NCBI RefSeq assembly: GCF_003367075.2
Contig: NZ_CP065936.1
Location: forward strand, 1 to 32,000
Source: Cylindrospermopsis raciborskii Cr2010
GTDB lineage: Bacteria; Cyanobacteriota; Cyanobacteriia; Cyanobacteriales; Nostocaceae
Length of the DNA: 32,000 nucleotides
Direction: 5' to 3'
Shown here: positions 1 to 7,649 of the stretch, piece by piece
Layout: each line of letters begins with the position of its first letter
How positions within the stretch are numbered: the first letter of the stretch is position 1
Position numbers and translations under genes: made by a program
The notes under the pieces: generated by a model
The model's database searches: none
What the model was told of the DNA's origin: nothing
The model's input: the letters and a program-made list of their open reading frames with translations, nothing else

Positions 1-196
1 CTAGATCGGGTAGTTTATCAGCACGCATACCCTTAGAACTGGATAGTCCTAAGCAAAATAGTAAAGCGTCCAGAATATTGGATTTACCTGAACCATTAGG
101 GCCAGAAATGACGGTACATCCCGGTAGCAAGGGGACAGAAGTTGTACCACCGAAGGATTTAAAATTAGTAAGTTCAACCCGCTTAATATGCACCAT
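1..196 (-). CDS. smc: Chromosome segregation protein SMC, N-terminal end only (gene continues off the left edge)
   Basis: The reverse complement of 1-196 reads [65 protein letters not shown]. This is the canonical SMC head N-terminus with Walker [10 protein letters not shown]. The ATG is at 196-194. The ORF is absent from the track because the window edge truncates it. Confidence 0.85.
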   Translation of the reverse strand, partial: MVHIKRVELTNFKSFGGTTSVPLLPGCTVISGPNGSGKSNILDALLFCLGLSSSKGMRADKLPDL

Positions 197-366
197 TATT
201 TAGGTGTAACTCAACTGGTTTTAATTGGAGTATTTAACCACCAGATAATTATAACAGACTCCTGGATTTTTAAGTTTGATCTTCTCCACCTCCCTGGAGA
301 AAGATGCAAATCCATCATAGAAGCAGTTGAAATGAACATATCTTCTCCGCTGTTTTCTTTCAACCT

Positions 367-1530
367 ATGACATTATCCCTGGACGAACTCAAAAACTTAG
401 TGGAAAATTCCCAGTCTCCATCCGTATCCCTATACATGCCAACTCAAAAAGCTGGGGCAGAGACTCGTCAAAACCCTATTCGCTTTAAAAATTTAATTCG
501 CCAAGCCCAACAAGATTTAGAAGCGTTAGGTATCAGACACACAGAAGTTTTAGATTTGCTGAAACCGGCTATAGAATTAGATACAATTGATTTTTGGGAA
601 CACCAAAATCAAGGACTGGTAATTTTTATTAGTCCCAACTTGTTTCGCTACTATTGTTTACCCAGTGAATTTCCTGAATTAGTTGTTGTCAATAGAGAAT
701 TTCATCTGAAACCTCTACTGCATTTTATTAATAACGATGGTAAGTTCTATATTTTAGGTCTGAGTCAAAAAGATGTGAAATTATTTGTTGGCACGGGACA
801 TAGTTTACAGGAGTTAGTAGTAGAAAATATGCCCCACCGTTTAGAAGAAATTCTCCTGGAAGACGAATTACAAAAAGGTGTACAACACAGAGTGGGTATA
901 CCCAGAGGGGGAGCATCAGCAGCTGAACACCCAGGATCAGTTCATGGACAAGGTAGTCCAGATCGAGAAAAACACGAAAGAGATATTTTACAATTTTGTT
1001 ATGCCATAGATCAGGCTTTACACCATAGACTAAGAGATGAGAAAGCACCTTTAATTCTAGCAGGAGTAGAGTATCTTTTTCCTATTTATCAAGCAGCAAA
1101 TAGTTATCCTTACTTATTAACAGAAAGCATTAGTGGTAATGTGGAAATTATCAACTTGGATAAATTACATGAGGCGGGGTGGCAAATAGTTTCTCCCCTA
1201 TTTCAACAAGATACAATAGCTACCTTAGAACTGTACGAGCAATTAGCGGGAGAAGGTAGTAATATGGCTACCAGTGATGTGAAAGAGATTGTCAGTGCGG
1301 CCTATTTTCGCAGGGTAAATTCCCTATTAGTTTCTATAGATGATCAAAACTGGGGAAAATTCCATCCTGAAAACATGAGTGTGGATTTACACACAAAACG
1401 AGAGGTAGATGATCAGGATATGTTGGATTTTGCTGCCATACACACTATGTTAAACGGTGGCAATGTTTATACCTTAAAGGGTAAGGACATGCCTAGAGGA
1501 ACAAAAATAGCAGCAATCTTTAGATATTAG
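367..1530 (+). CDS. eRF1/Pelota-like protein (bacterial archaeo-eukaryotic release-factor-like, baeRF-type); function unknown
   Basis: This is a 387-aa ORF. The C-terminal third (SDVKEIVSAAYFRRVNSLLVSID ... GGNVYTLKGKDMPRGTKIAAIFRY) resembles the eRF1/Pelota domain 2-3 pattern, including the typical ...GIGAILRY/F C-terminal ending. The family subtype cannot be assigned by eye. The stop lies 16 nt before the next ORF. Confidence 0.5.
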   Translation: MTLSLDELKNLVENSQSPSVSLYMPTQKAGAETRQNPIRFKNLIRQAQQDLEALGIRHTEVLDLLKPAIELDTIDFWEHQNQGLVIFISPNLFRYYCLPSEFPELVVVNREFHLKPLLHFINNDGKFYILGLSQKDVKLFVGTGHSLQELVVENMPHRLEEILLEDELQKGVQHRVGIPRGGASAAEHPGSVHGQGSPDREKHERDILQFCYAIDQALHHRLRDEKAPLILAGVEYLFPIYQAANSYPYLLTESISGNVEIINLDKLHEAGWQIVSPLFQQDTIATLELYEQLAGEGSNMATSDVKEIVSAAYFRRVNSLLVSIDDQNWGKFHPENMSVDLHTKREVDDQDMLDFAAIHTMLNGGNVYTLKGKDMPRGTKIAAIFRY

Positions 1531-1546
1531 AGTATATTAGGATCGG

Positions 1547-2674
1547 GTGAATCCGTGGTGTATTATGCCAACTGCACAAGATCCTGATAATTATTATGCT
1601 ACCCCTCACCGACGAGGAAAACATAAAATCTTTATTGGTATGGCTCCCGGTGTGGGTAAAACCTATAAAATGCTGGAGGAAGCACATCAACTCAAACAAG
1701 AGGGGATTGATGTCATTATTGGCATTTTAGAAACTCATGGACGCAAAGAGACTGCTCAAAAAGCTACTGGACTGGAAATGATTCCTAAACGGGTCATGGT
1801 CAAAGAGAATATAACTCTTGCAGAAATGGATACAGATGCCATATTAGACCGCTCTCCCCAGTTAGTGTTAATTGATGAACTGGCCCATACTAACATCCCC
1901 GGATCTCCACGGGAAAAACGATATCAGGATGTGGAGGTAATTTTAGAGAGTGGAATTGATGTTTACTCTACGGTTAATATTCAGCACATAGAAAGTTTAA
2001 ATGACATAGTGGCGAGAATTACTGGTATTGTGGTCAGAGAAAGGATTCCAGATCGCCTGCTGGATGAAGCTGATGCAGTTGTAGTGATTGATATTACTCC
2101 AGAAACTTTGGAGGAACGATTGCGTGAGGGGAAAATTTACCCCCAGAGTCAAGTTGAGCAGTCTTTGAAAAATTTTTTCCAGCGTCGCAATTTGATAGCT
2201 CTACGAGAGTTGTCTTTGCGGGAAGTAGCGGATACGGTTGAAGAAGAAGCAAACACTTGTAGTCTGGAACCATCTAGTTGTAATATTCATGAACGGGTCC
2301 TGGTTTGTGTTTCTACTTATTCTAATTCAGTACAGTTACTCCGTAGGGGTGCCCGCATTGCTAATTATATGAATGCAAGACTATATGGAATTTTTGTGTC
2401 AGGTCCGGAGCAATTCCTCAGTAAGAAAGAAGCTGGTCATATTGATACTTGTGAGAAATTATGTAGGGAATTTGGCGGTGAATTTTTGCATGTCAAAAGT
2501 CAAAATGTTGCTAGAGAAATTGCTCAAATCGCGGCTAAGTACCACATTACCCAAATTGTAATTGGTGAAAGCCAACAACCTCCCTGGCAAAGATGGTTTA
2601 AAGGCTCTTTTACCCAGCGACTTGTAGACTTGATTCGCAATCAAAATATTGATTTACATATTATTGCTGAATAG
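1547..2674 (+). CDS. Orphan KdpD N-terminal (P-loop) domain plus USP-domain protein, with no histidine-kinase transmitter
   Basis: RGKHKIFIGMAPGVGKTYKMLEEAHQLKQEGIDVIIG...LIDELAHTN...STVNIQHIESLND...VIDITPE.L..RL..GKIY is the KdpD N-terminal sensor domain. The C-terminal part (ERVLVCVS...HITQIVIGES) is USP-like. The track start at 1547 is GTG; ATG at 1565 (MPTAQDP...) is an alternative start. No kdpABC genes are nearby. Confidence 0.8.
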   Translation: MNPWCIMPTAQDPDNYYATPHRRGKHKIFIGMAPGVGKTYKMLEEAHQLKQEGIDVIIGILETHGRKETAQKATGLEMIPKRVMVKENITLAEMDTDAILDRSPQLVLIDELAHTNIPGSPREKRYQDVEVILESGIDVYSTVNIQHIESLNDIVARITGIVVRERIPDRLLDEADAVVVIDITPETLEERLREGKIYPQSQVEQSLKNFFQRRNLIALRELSLREVADTVEEEANTCSLEPSSCNIHERVLVCVSTYSNSVQLLRRGARIANYMNARLYGIFVSGPEQFLSKKEAGHIDTCEKLCREFGGEFLHVKSQNVAREIAQIAAKYHITQIVIGESQQPPWQRWFKGSFTQRLVDLIRNQNIDLHIIAE

Positions 2675-2677
2675 AGA

Positions 2678-3625
2678 ATGGAACAACCTTCTAATTTATT
2701 ACTAAAACTTGCCCATCGTTTATTTGATAACCCTGATGAAGAGGCAAAATTTATAACAGCTTTAGTTCATCCCCAACCCTTTTCACCTTCTATCCTTTGG
2801 TGTCAAAATCCTCCAGAAACACCCCCATTCACCACGGAGACACCAACATCATGGCAACCCAAATTTGTAGATCGTCTACAAGTGGGGGAAAGACCTGGTC
2901 AACATGCTCTCCATCAAGCAGGAGCTTTTTACTGTTTAGACTTTTCTTCTATATTTGCAGCATCTGTACTATTAACCATAGAGCAACCTCTTACTTTAGT
3001 ATTGGATGTATGTGCCGCACCTGGAGGTAAAAGTATCTTTGCCTGGAAAGCATTACAACCGGATTTAATTATTAGCAATGAAGTAATTCGTAAACGACTA
3101 GGAATGCTAATCTCTAATTTAAAGCGTTGTCAAATTAAACCTAGTTACGTACTTAATAAAGATACTAGCGTTTTAGCTCAAATGCTTAAACAATCTATGA
3201 GTTTAGTTATAGTTGATGCACCTTGTAGCGGTCAGTCCTTACTAGCAAAGAGAGAGAAAGCTCCCGGATGTTTTCACCAAACAGTAATTAATAAAAATGC
3301 CAATCGTCAAAAACGAATTATTGCTAATTCCGCTGGGATTGTTGCTCCCCAAGGTTATTTAGTTTATATGACTTGCACCTACTCTCTAGAAGAAAATGAA
3401 CAAGTCTGTACATGGTTTTTAGAGCGATTTCCCCAATTTAAACCTGTGGAAGTTAGTCCTCTTTCTCCCTACAGATCTCATTTAACCACTATTCCCTGTT
3501 ATCGAATGTTCCCCCAGAAGGGTTTGGGCGCTGGTGCGTTTACGGTGCTATTTAAAAACATAACTGAGGGAAATCCAGCACAACTTGTTGGAGATGAAAT
3601 CCTATCCGCAAGTGTGTGGTACTAG
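2678..3625 (+). CDS. RsmB/RsmF/NOP2-family SAM-dependent RNA (cytosine-C5) methyltransferase
   Basis: It has the SAM motif VLDVCAAPGGKS. Both catalytic-Cys motifs are present: VDAPCSGQS and YMTCTYSLEENE. The start lies 3 nt after the stop of the preceding gene. Confidence 0.8.
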   Translation: MEQPSNLLLKLAHRLFDNPDEEAKFITALVHPQPFSPSILWCQNPPETPPFTTETPTSWQPKFVDRLQVGERPGQHALHQAGAFYCLDFSSIFAASVLLTIEQPLTLVLDVCAAPGGKSIFAWKALQPDLIISNEVIRKRLGMLISNLKRCQIKPSYVLNKDTSVLAQMLKQSMSLVIVDAPCSGQSLLAKREKAPGCFHQTVINKNANRQKRIIANSAGIVAPQGYLVYMTCTYSLEENEQVCTWFLERFPQFKPVEVSPLSPYRSHLTTIPCYRMFPQKGLGAGAFTVLFKNITEGNPAQLVGDEILSASVWY

Positions 3626-3750
3626 CAACTATCTGATGGATCGCATCGCATAATTTTTTATAATTTTTCAGTAACTATTCCGGGTGGGAGATGAAAAATG
3701 AGAAGAGCTAAATAACAACTTAATGTAAGAAACATTTTGGTGCTAAACCT

Positions 3751-3855
3751 ATGACTCAACAAACACTGCAAATCTATTCCTTGTATCGCTTTGACTTTAC
3801 TCAGCGGGATGATTTACATCTTGTCGATGTAGATTATCCGGAGAGATCAAGATAA
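3751..3855 (+). CDS. Hypothetical 34-aa small ORF (MTQQTLQIYSLYRFDFTQRDDLHLVDVDYPERSR)
   Basis: This is the only ATG ORF between a consensus TATAAT (3659-3664) and the strong + strand terminator at 3927-3975. It has no obvious RBS and no recognisable family. The transcript may equally be non-coding. Confidence 0.15.
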   Translation: MTQQTLQIYSLYRFDFTQRDDLHLVDVDYPERSR

Positions 3856-3926
3856 GATACAATTGCTACCGAATGCCTCAAACACTGATAATCACCTAGG
3901 TTAAATGTACTCGATACTGCCACACT

Positions 3927-3975
3927 CACGGAGACGTTCACCTTAACGTCTCTGTGTTTGATTGTTTATTTTTCC
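3927..3975 (+). terminator. Rho-independent terminator (+ strand)
   Basis: The stem is CACGGAGACGTT (3927-3938), the loop is CACCTT, and the return arm is AACGTCTCTGTG (3945-3956). That gives 12 bp with one G:U pair. It is followed directly by TTTGATTGTTTATTTTTCC. Confidence 0.6.
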
Positions 3976-4025
3976 TAAAATTGTACAATAAACATGGCGA
4001 TCGCACGGATCCCCATGCGATCGCC
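3976..4025 (-). terminator. Probable ftsH terminator formed by two inverted HIP1 sites
   Basis: GGCGATCGCA (3996-4005) and TGCGATCGCC (4016-4025) form a perfect 10-bp stem with a 10-nt loop, 5 nt downstream of the ftsH stop. On the minus strand it is followed by AUGUUUAUUGUACAAUUUU. Confidence 0.5.
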
Positions 4026-4029
4026 TGTA

Positions 4030-5937
4030 TTATAGAGCTACTGGTATTTTATCAAACTTATTTTCTTCAACAATATTACGGAATAAATCTCCATCAATGG
4101 TTTCTTCCACCATCAGCATTTCAACTAAGCGGTCCATAGTCATACGATTTTCCTGCAACAGTTCTTTTACTTTGGCATAACAGTTACTAACAATGTCTCT
4201 GACTTGAACATCAATTTTGGCAGCAATTTGCTCAGAATAATCTGATTTCATTCCCCAGTCTCTCCCCAAAAACACTTCTTGACTGGGGGTCTCGAGAGAT
4301 AACAAACCGAGATCGGACATACCAAATCGGGTCACCATTTGTCTAGCCATAGTTGTCACCTGTTGTAAGTCATTACCTGCACCAGTAGTTACTTCCGCTT
4401 TGCCAAAGACAATTTCTTCAGCAGCACGCCCCCCTAAAGCTCCCATAATGCGAGCTAACATTTGAGAGCGAGATACTAAACCCTGGTCTTCATTAGGTGT
4501 AAACCAAGTTAGACCCAAAGCTTGACCCCTTGGTATCAAAGTAACCTTTTGTACAGGATCATGATCTTTAACTAAAGTGCCAATCAAGGCATGACCCACT
4601 TCATGGTAGGCAATTAAACGTTTACTTTTGCCATCAACTAAAGCTGTACCTTCCATACCAGCTACAACCCGATCCACAGCATCATTAATTTCCAGCATAG
4701 TAGTTTCTTCCTTGCGCCGTCTAGCTGTCAAAATAGCTGCTTCATTGAGCAGATTAGCCAGGTCTGCACCAGTAAAACCGGGGGTGCGTTGGGCAATTTC
4801 CTCTAAGGAAATGGTGGGGTCTAATTTCTTATTTCGAGCATGGACTGCCAATATATCCAAACGTCCCTTTAGATCTGGCGCATCTACAATTACCTGTCTA
4901 TCAAAACGACCAGGACGTAACAGGGCAGAATCCAACACATCGGGACGGTTCGTAGCAGCAATAATAATAATCCCATTATTGCCTTCAAAACCATCCATTT
5001 CCGTTAACAACTGATTTAGGGTTTGCTCTCTTTCATCATTACCACCACCAATACCTGCTCCTCTCTGTCTACCCACAGCATCAATCTCATCAATAAAGAT
5101 AATACAGGGAGCATTTTCCTTAGCCTTTTTAAACAGGTCTCGCACCCGGGAAGCGCCCACACCCACAAACATTTCCACAAATTCCGAGCCAGAAATGCTG
5201 AAAAATGGCACAGATGCTTCCCCAGCAATGGCTTTTGCCAATAAGGTCTTACCAGTTCCCGGTGGTCCAACCAATAGTACACCCTTGGGAATTTTTGCCC
5301 CCACAGCAGTAAATTTTTCCGGTTGTTGTAAAAATGTCACTACTTCCTGTAGTTCTTCCTTAGCCTCAGTAATTCCAGCTACATCATCAAATTTCACCCC
5401 GGTTTTAGCCTCCATTTGAAACCGGGCCCGAGATCTGCCAAAATTCAATGCCTGGTTGGAACTACTAGCAGAACGTCGCAGCAATAACATAATCAAGGCT
5501 AACAGTGGCAAAATCCACATCAAGTTGATTAGTAAACCAATGGTTGCTCTGCTACTAGCTGTGGAAATCTCACCGAACTCAACTTTTTTCTCCTTGAGTT
5601 TACTGATTAACTCACTATTTTGATCTAACAGTCTCACTGATATGGGCGCTGTACCAGGTTTATGACTGACCAAATATACCTTAGCTATTTGTTCACCTTC
5701 ATCAATTTCTACTCTTTTAACCTGGCCCGCTTTAGTTTTCTGTAGTAGCTGTCCGTAAGATAAAGAATTACTACGCCCAATTTTTTGTGCCAAGACTGGA
5801 CTACCCACAATTTCTGGTAGCATAATCATCGTGGCTACTAATACTCCAGTCCAAGCAAATCTTTTGGCTGGAACCTTTTTTAACCAGGGTTTTTCCAATG
5901 TTTTTCTACCAGTATTTGTCGTCATAGTATTTACCAT
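4030..5937 (-). CDS. ftsH: ATP-dependent zinc metalloprotease FtsH
   Basis: The 635-aa ORF has two N-terminal TM segments, AAA+ Walker [19 protein letters not shown], Walker [10 protein letters not shown], the SRH region, and the zinc motif HEVGHAL. Confidence 0.95.
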   Translation of the reverse strand: MVNTMTTNTGRKTLEKPWLKKVPAKRFAWTGVLVATMIMLPEIVGSPVLAQKIGRSNSLSYGQLLQKTKAGQVKRVEIDEGEQIAKVYLVSHKPGTAPISVRLLDQNSELISKLKEKKVEFGEISTASSRATIGLLINLMWILPLLALIMLLLRRSASSSNQALNFGRSRARFQMEAKTGVKFDDVAGITEAKEELQEVVTFLQQPEKFTAVGAKIPKGVLLVGPPGTGKTLLAKAIAGEASVPFFSISGSEFVEMFVGVGASRVRDLFKKAKENAPCIIFIDEIDAVGRQRGAGIGGGNDEREQTLNQLLTEMDGFEGNNGIIIIAATNRPDVLDSALLRPGRFDRQVIVDAPDLKGRLDILAVHARNKKLDPTISLEEIAQRTPGFTGADLANLLNEAAILTARRRKEETTMLEINDAVDRVVAGMEGTALVDGKSKRLIAYHEVGHALIGTLVKDHDPVQKVTLIPRGQALGLTWFTPNEDQGLVSRSQMLARIMGALGGRAAEEIVFGKAEVTTGAGNDLQQVTTMARQMVTRFGMSDLGLLSLETPSQEVFLGRDWGMKSDYSEQIAAKIDVQVRDIVSNCYAKVKELLQENRMTMDRLVEMLMVEETIDGDLFRNIVEENKFDKIPVAL

Positions 5938-5986
5938 TTAAAACCTACTCCAATCCATTCTCGGTGACCTGTTAACAACTGGGGAC

Positions 5987-6018
5987 TTGACATTATTTAT
6001 GGTGAAAGCTACCATAAA
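5987..6018 (+). promoter_or_regulatory. Sigma70-type promoter (TTGACA-17 nt-TACCAT) overlapped by a 23-bp palindrome, candidate NrtR operator
   Basis: TTGACA is at 5987-5992, followed by a 17-nt spacer and TACCAT at 6010-6015. The palindrome is TTTATGGT (5996-6003), N7, ACCATAAA (6011-6018), with perfect 8-bp arms and a GT-N7-AC core. It lies 46 nt upstream of the pncB-remnant ATG, in the ftsH/nad divergent region. Confidence 0.4.
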
Positions 6019-6063
6019 CAACTGAGCCAAATCGGGGAATTTTGTCAACATTTACATGCGCAT

Positions 6064-6276
6064 ATGACCACCTTTATCAATACAGATTATGGTTATGGGA
6101 ATCGAGAATTAAATCTGTACTCTCAAGATTATAGCTTGCTGACCGACCTTTATCAGCTAATAATCCGTTTACCTCAAGGTTATGTTTGTATTTACCGATA
6201 AACGCTGTTGAAAGCTGAATCTCATTTACAGCAAATCCAAATTGTAGAGACCTATTTATTAGATATCGTACCTTAA
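6064..6276 (+). pseudogene. pncB: Remnant of nicotinate phosphoribosyltransferase (internal deletion; only ~32 recognisable N-terminal codons)
   Basis: The ATG at 6064 gives MTTFINTDYGYGNRELNLYSQDYSLLTDLYQLIIRLPQGYVCIYR*. YSLLTDLYQL is the conserved NAPRTase N-terminal motif (normally ...LLTDLYQLTMA...). Similarity is lost right after DLYQL, and TAA follows at 6199-6201. The same frame then stays open to a TAA at 6274-6276, 4 nt before the nadD ATG. An intact gene would be ~1.3-1.4 kb. Confidence 0.6.
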
Positions 6277-6280
6277 ATTT

Positions 6281-6853
6281 ATGAATATCGCATTATTTGG
6301 CACAAGTGCAGATCCACCCACAGCTGGACATCAAAAAATTATCAAATGGCTATCTGAAAATTATGATTGGGTAGCGGTTTGGGCTGCGGATAACCCTATT
6401 AAAGAACAGCAGACACCCTTGGGACATCGTGCTGCTATGTTGCAGTTGTTAATTTCTGATATTCAGCCCCCATTAGATAAATTAAATAATATTATATTAG
6501 CACAGGAATTGAGTAGTTGGCGCACCTTAGAAACCCTAGAAAAGGCAAAATTAAAATGGGGAAATGATGTGAAGTATACTTTAGTAATTGGTTCTGATTT
6601 AGTTAACCAATTACCCAGGTGGTATAGAATTAGTGACTTGCTACAACAAGTCCAATTATTGGTGATTCCTCGACCTGGATATATTATAGAAGACGCTAGT
6701 TTACATAAAATTAGACAATTAGGGGGAAAAATGGCGATCGCCAGTACTAAAGGTTTAGATGTGTCATCAACCAATTTTCGTCAACAAAAAAATCTACAAA
6801 CTCTCACAGCTCCTGTAATTGCCTATATTAATCGTGAGAGGTTATACATTTAA
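6281..6853 (+). CDS. nadD: Nicotinate-nucleotide adenylyltransferase
   Basis: The N-terminus MNIALFGTSADPPTAGHQKII carries the (H/T)xGH nucleotidyltransferase motif. The length is 190 aa. The gene sits in a NAD-pathway context with nadE and nrtR. Confidence 0.85.
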   Translation: MNIALFGTSADPPTAGHQKIIKWLSENYDWVAVWAADNPIKEQQTPLGHRAAMLQLLISDIQPPLDKLNNIILAQELSSWRTLETLEKAKLKWGNDVKYTLVIGSDLVNQLPRWYRISDLLQQVQLLVIPRPGYIIEDASLHKIRQLGGKMAIASTKGLDVSSTNFRQQKNLQTLTAPVIAYINRERLYI

Positions 6854-7599
6854 TGCTATTAAGTAATCAAACAACTTGTACAAATTCCGTATCTCAAGGG
6901 AGTTTAGCGAATTTTAAGGTAGGTGTTGATAATGTGATTTTCTCCGTAGATACTGCCAGAAATCGTCTGTTGGTTTTATTGGTGATGCGACAACAAGAGC
7001 CATTTTTGAATTTCTGGAGTCTCCCTGGTACTTTGGTACGTCAGGGTGAATCCCTAGAGGATGCTGCTTACAGAATTATGGCAGAAAAAATTAGGGTAAG
7101 TAATTTATACTTAGATCAACTATACACCTTTGGCGGTCCACATAGAGATCCCAGGGAAAAAAGCAACAGTTATGGGGTACGTTACTTGTCAGTAAGTTAT
7201 TTTGCCTTAGTGAGATTTGAAGAAGCAGAATTAATCACTAATAAAGTTGCTGGTACTGCGTGGCATCCCGTGAAAAACATACCAGAATTGGCATTTGATC
7301 ACGATAAAATCATTAACTATGGGCACAAAAGACTGAAAAATAAATTAGAATATAGTCCGGTGGCGTTTGATGTATTACCAGAAACCTTTACCCTTAATGA
7401 GTTATATCAGTTATACACAACAGTTTTAGGAGACAACTTTTCTGATTATTCTAATTTTAGAGCCAGGTTGTTAAAACTCGGTTTCTTATTAGATACAGGA
7501 AGTAAGGTTTGTAGGGGAGCTGGTCGTCCTGCAAGTTTATATAAGTTTGATGCCCAAGCATTTGCACCATTTAAGGATAAACCATTAGTATTTATTTAG
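6853..7599 (+). CDS. nrtR: Nudix-related transcriptional regulator NrtR (Nudix fold plus C-terminal winged helix)
   Basis: The Nudix-like region is PGTLVRQGESLEDAAYRIMAEKIRV; the catalytic REXXEE is degenerated to RIMAEK. The C-terminal wHTH-like segment is NELYQLYTTVLGDNFSDYSNFRARLLKLGFL...GAGRPASLYKF. The start overlaps the nadD stop by 1 nt (TAATG). It lies between nadD and nadE. Confidence 0.7.
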   Translation: MLLSNQTTCTNSVSQGSLANFKVGVDNVIFSVDTARNRLLVLLVMRQQEPFLNFWSLPGTLVRQGESLEDAAYRIMAEKIRVSNLYLDQLYTFGGPHRDPREKSNSYGVRYLSVSYFALVRFEEAELITNKVAGTAWHPVKNIPELAFDHDKIINYGHKRLKNKLEYSPVAFDVLPETFTLNELYQLYTTVLGDNFSDYSNFRARLLKLGFLLDTGSKVCRGAGRPASLYKFDAQAFAPFKDKPLVFI

Positions 7600-7649
7600 T
7601 ATTGATTTAGATTTTTAACTACCAGGTTTATATTACTGAAATTACCACT

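Noticed and set aside
188-370. 60-aa + strand ORF in the smc / eRF1-like intergenic region
   Set aside because: It begins inside and antisense to the smc start, then runs through the AT-rich divergent promoter region. It has no recognisable motif or RBS, so it is probably spurious.
1547-2674. KdpD-like gene as part of a kdp potassium-transport locus
   Set aside because: No kdpA/B/C genes and no response regulator are in the window. The protein lacks a transmitter domain, so it is treated as an orphan KdpD-N/USP protein.
4628-5419. Several 73-128 aa ORFs overlapping ftsH, in antisense or in an alternative sense frame. The same pattern occurs inside the eRF1-like gene (728-1048), fni (13698-14615), sppA (11912-12195), the acyltransferase (20576-20899), the SPFH gene (28021-28378), the SNF2 gene (31119-31373) and others.
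   Set aside because: All are embedded in strongly supported genes and have low-complexity, S/P/R/C-rich or otherwise unnatural composition. They are typical shadow ORFs.
6081-6119. 8-bp inverted repeat TACAGATT...AATCTGTA (23-bp spacer) as a possible operator
   Set aside because: It lies inside the pncB-remnant coding sequence, has short arms and a long spacer, and no second copy was seen. The 5996-6018 palindrome is a much better operator candidate.
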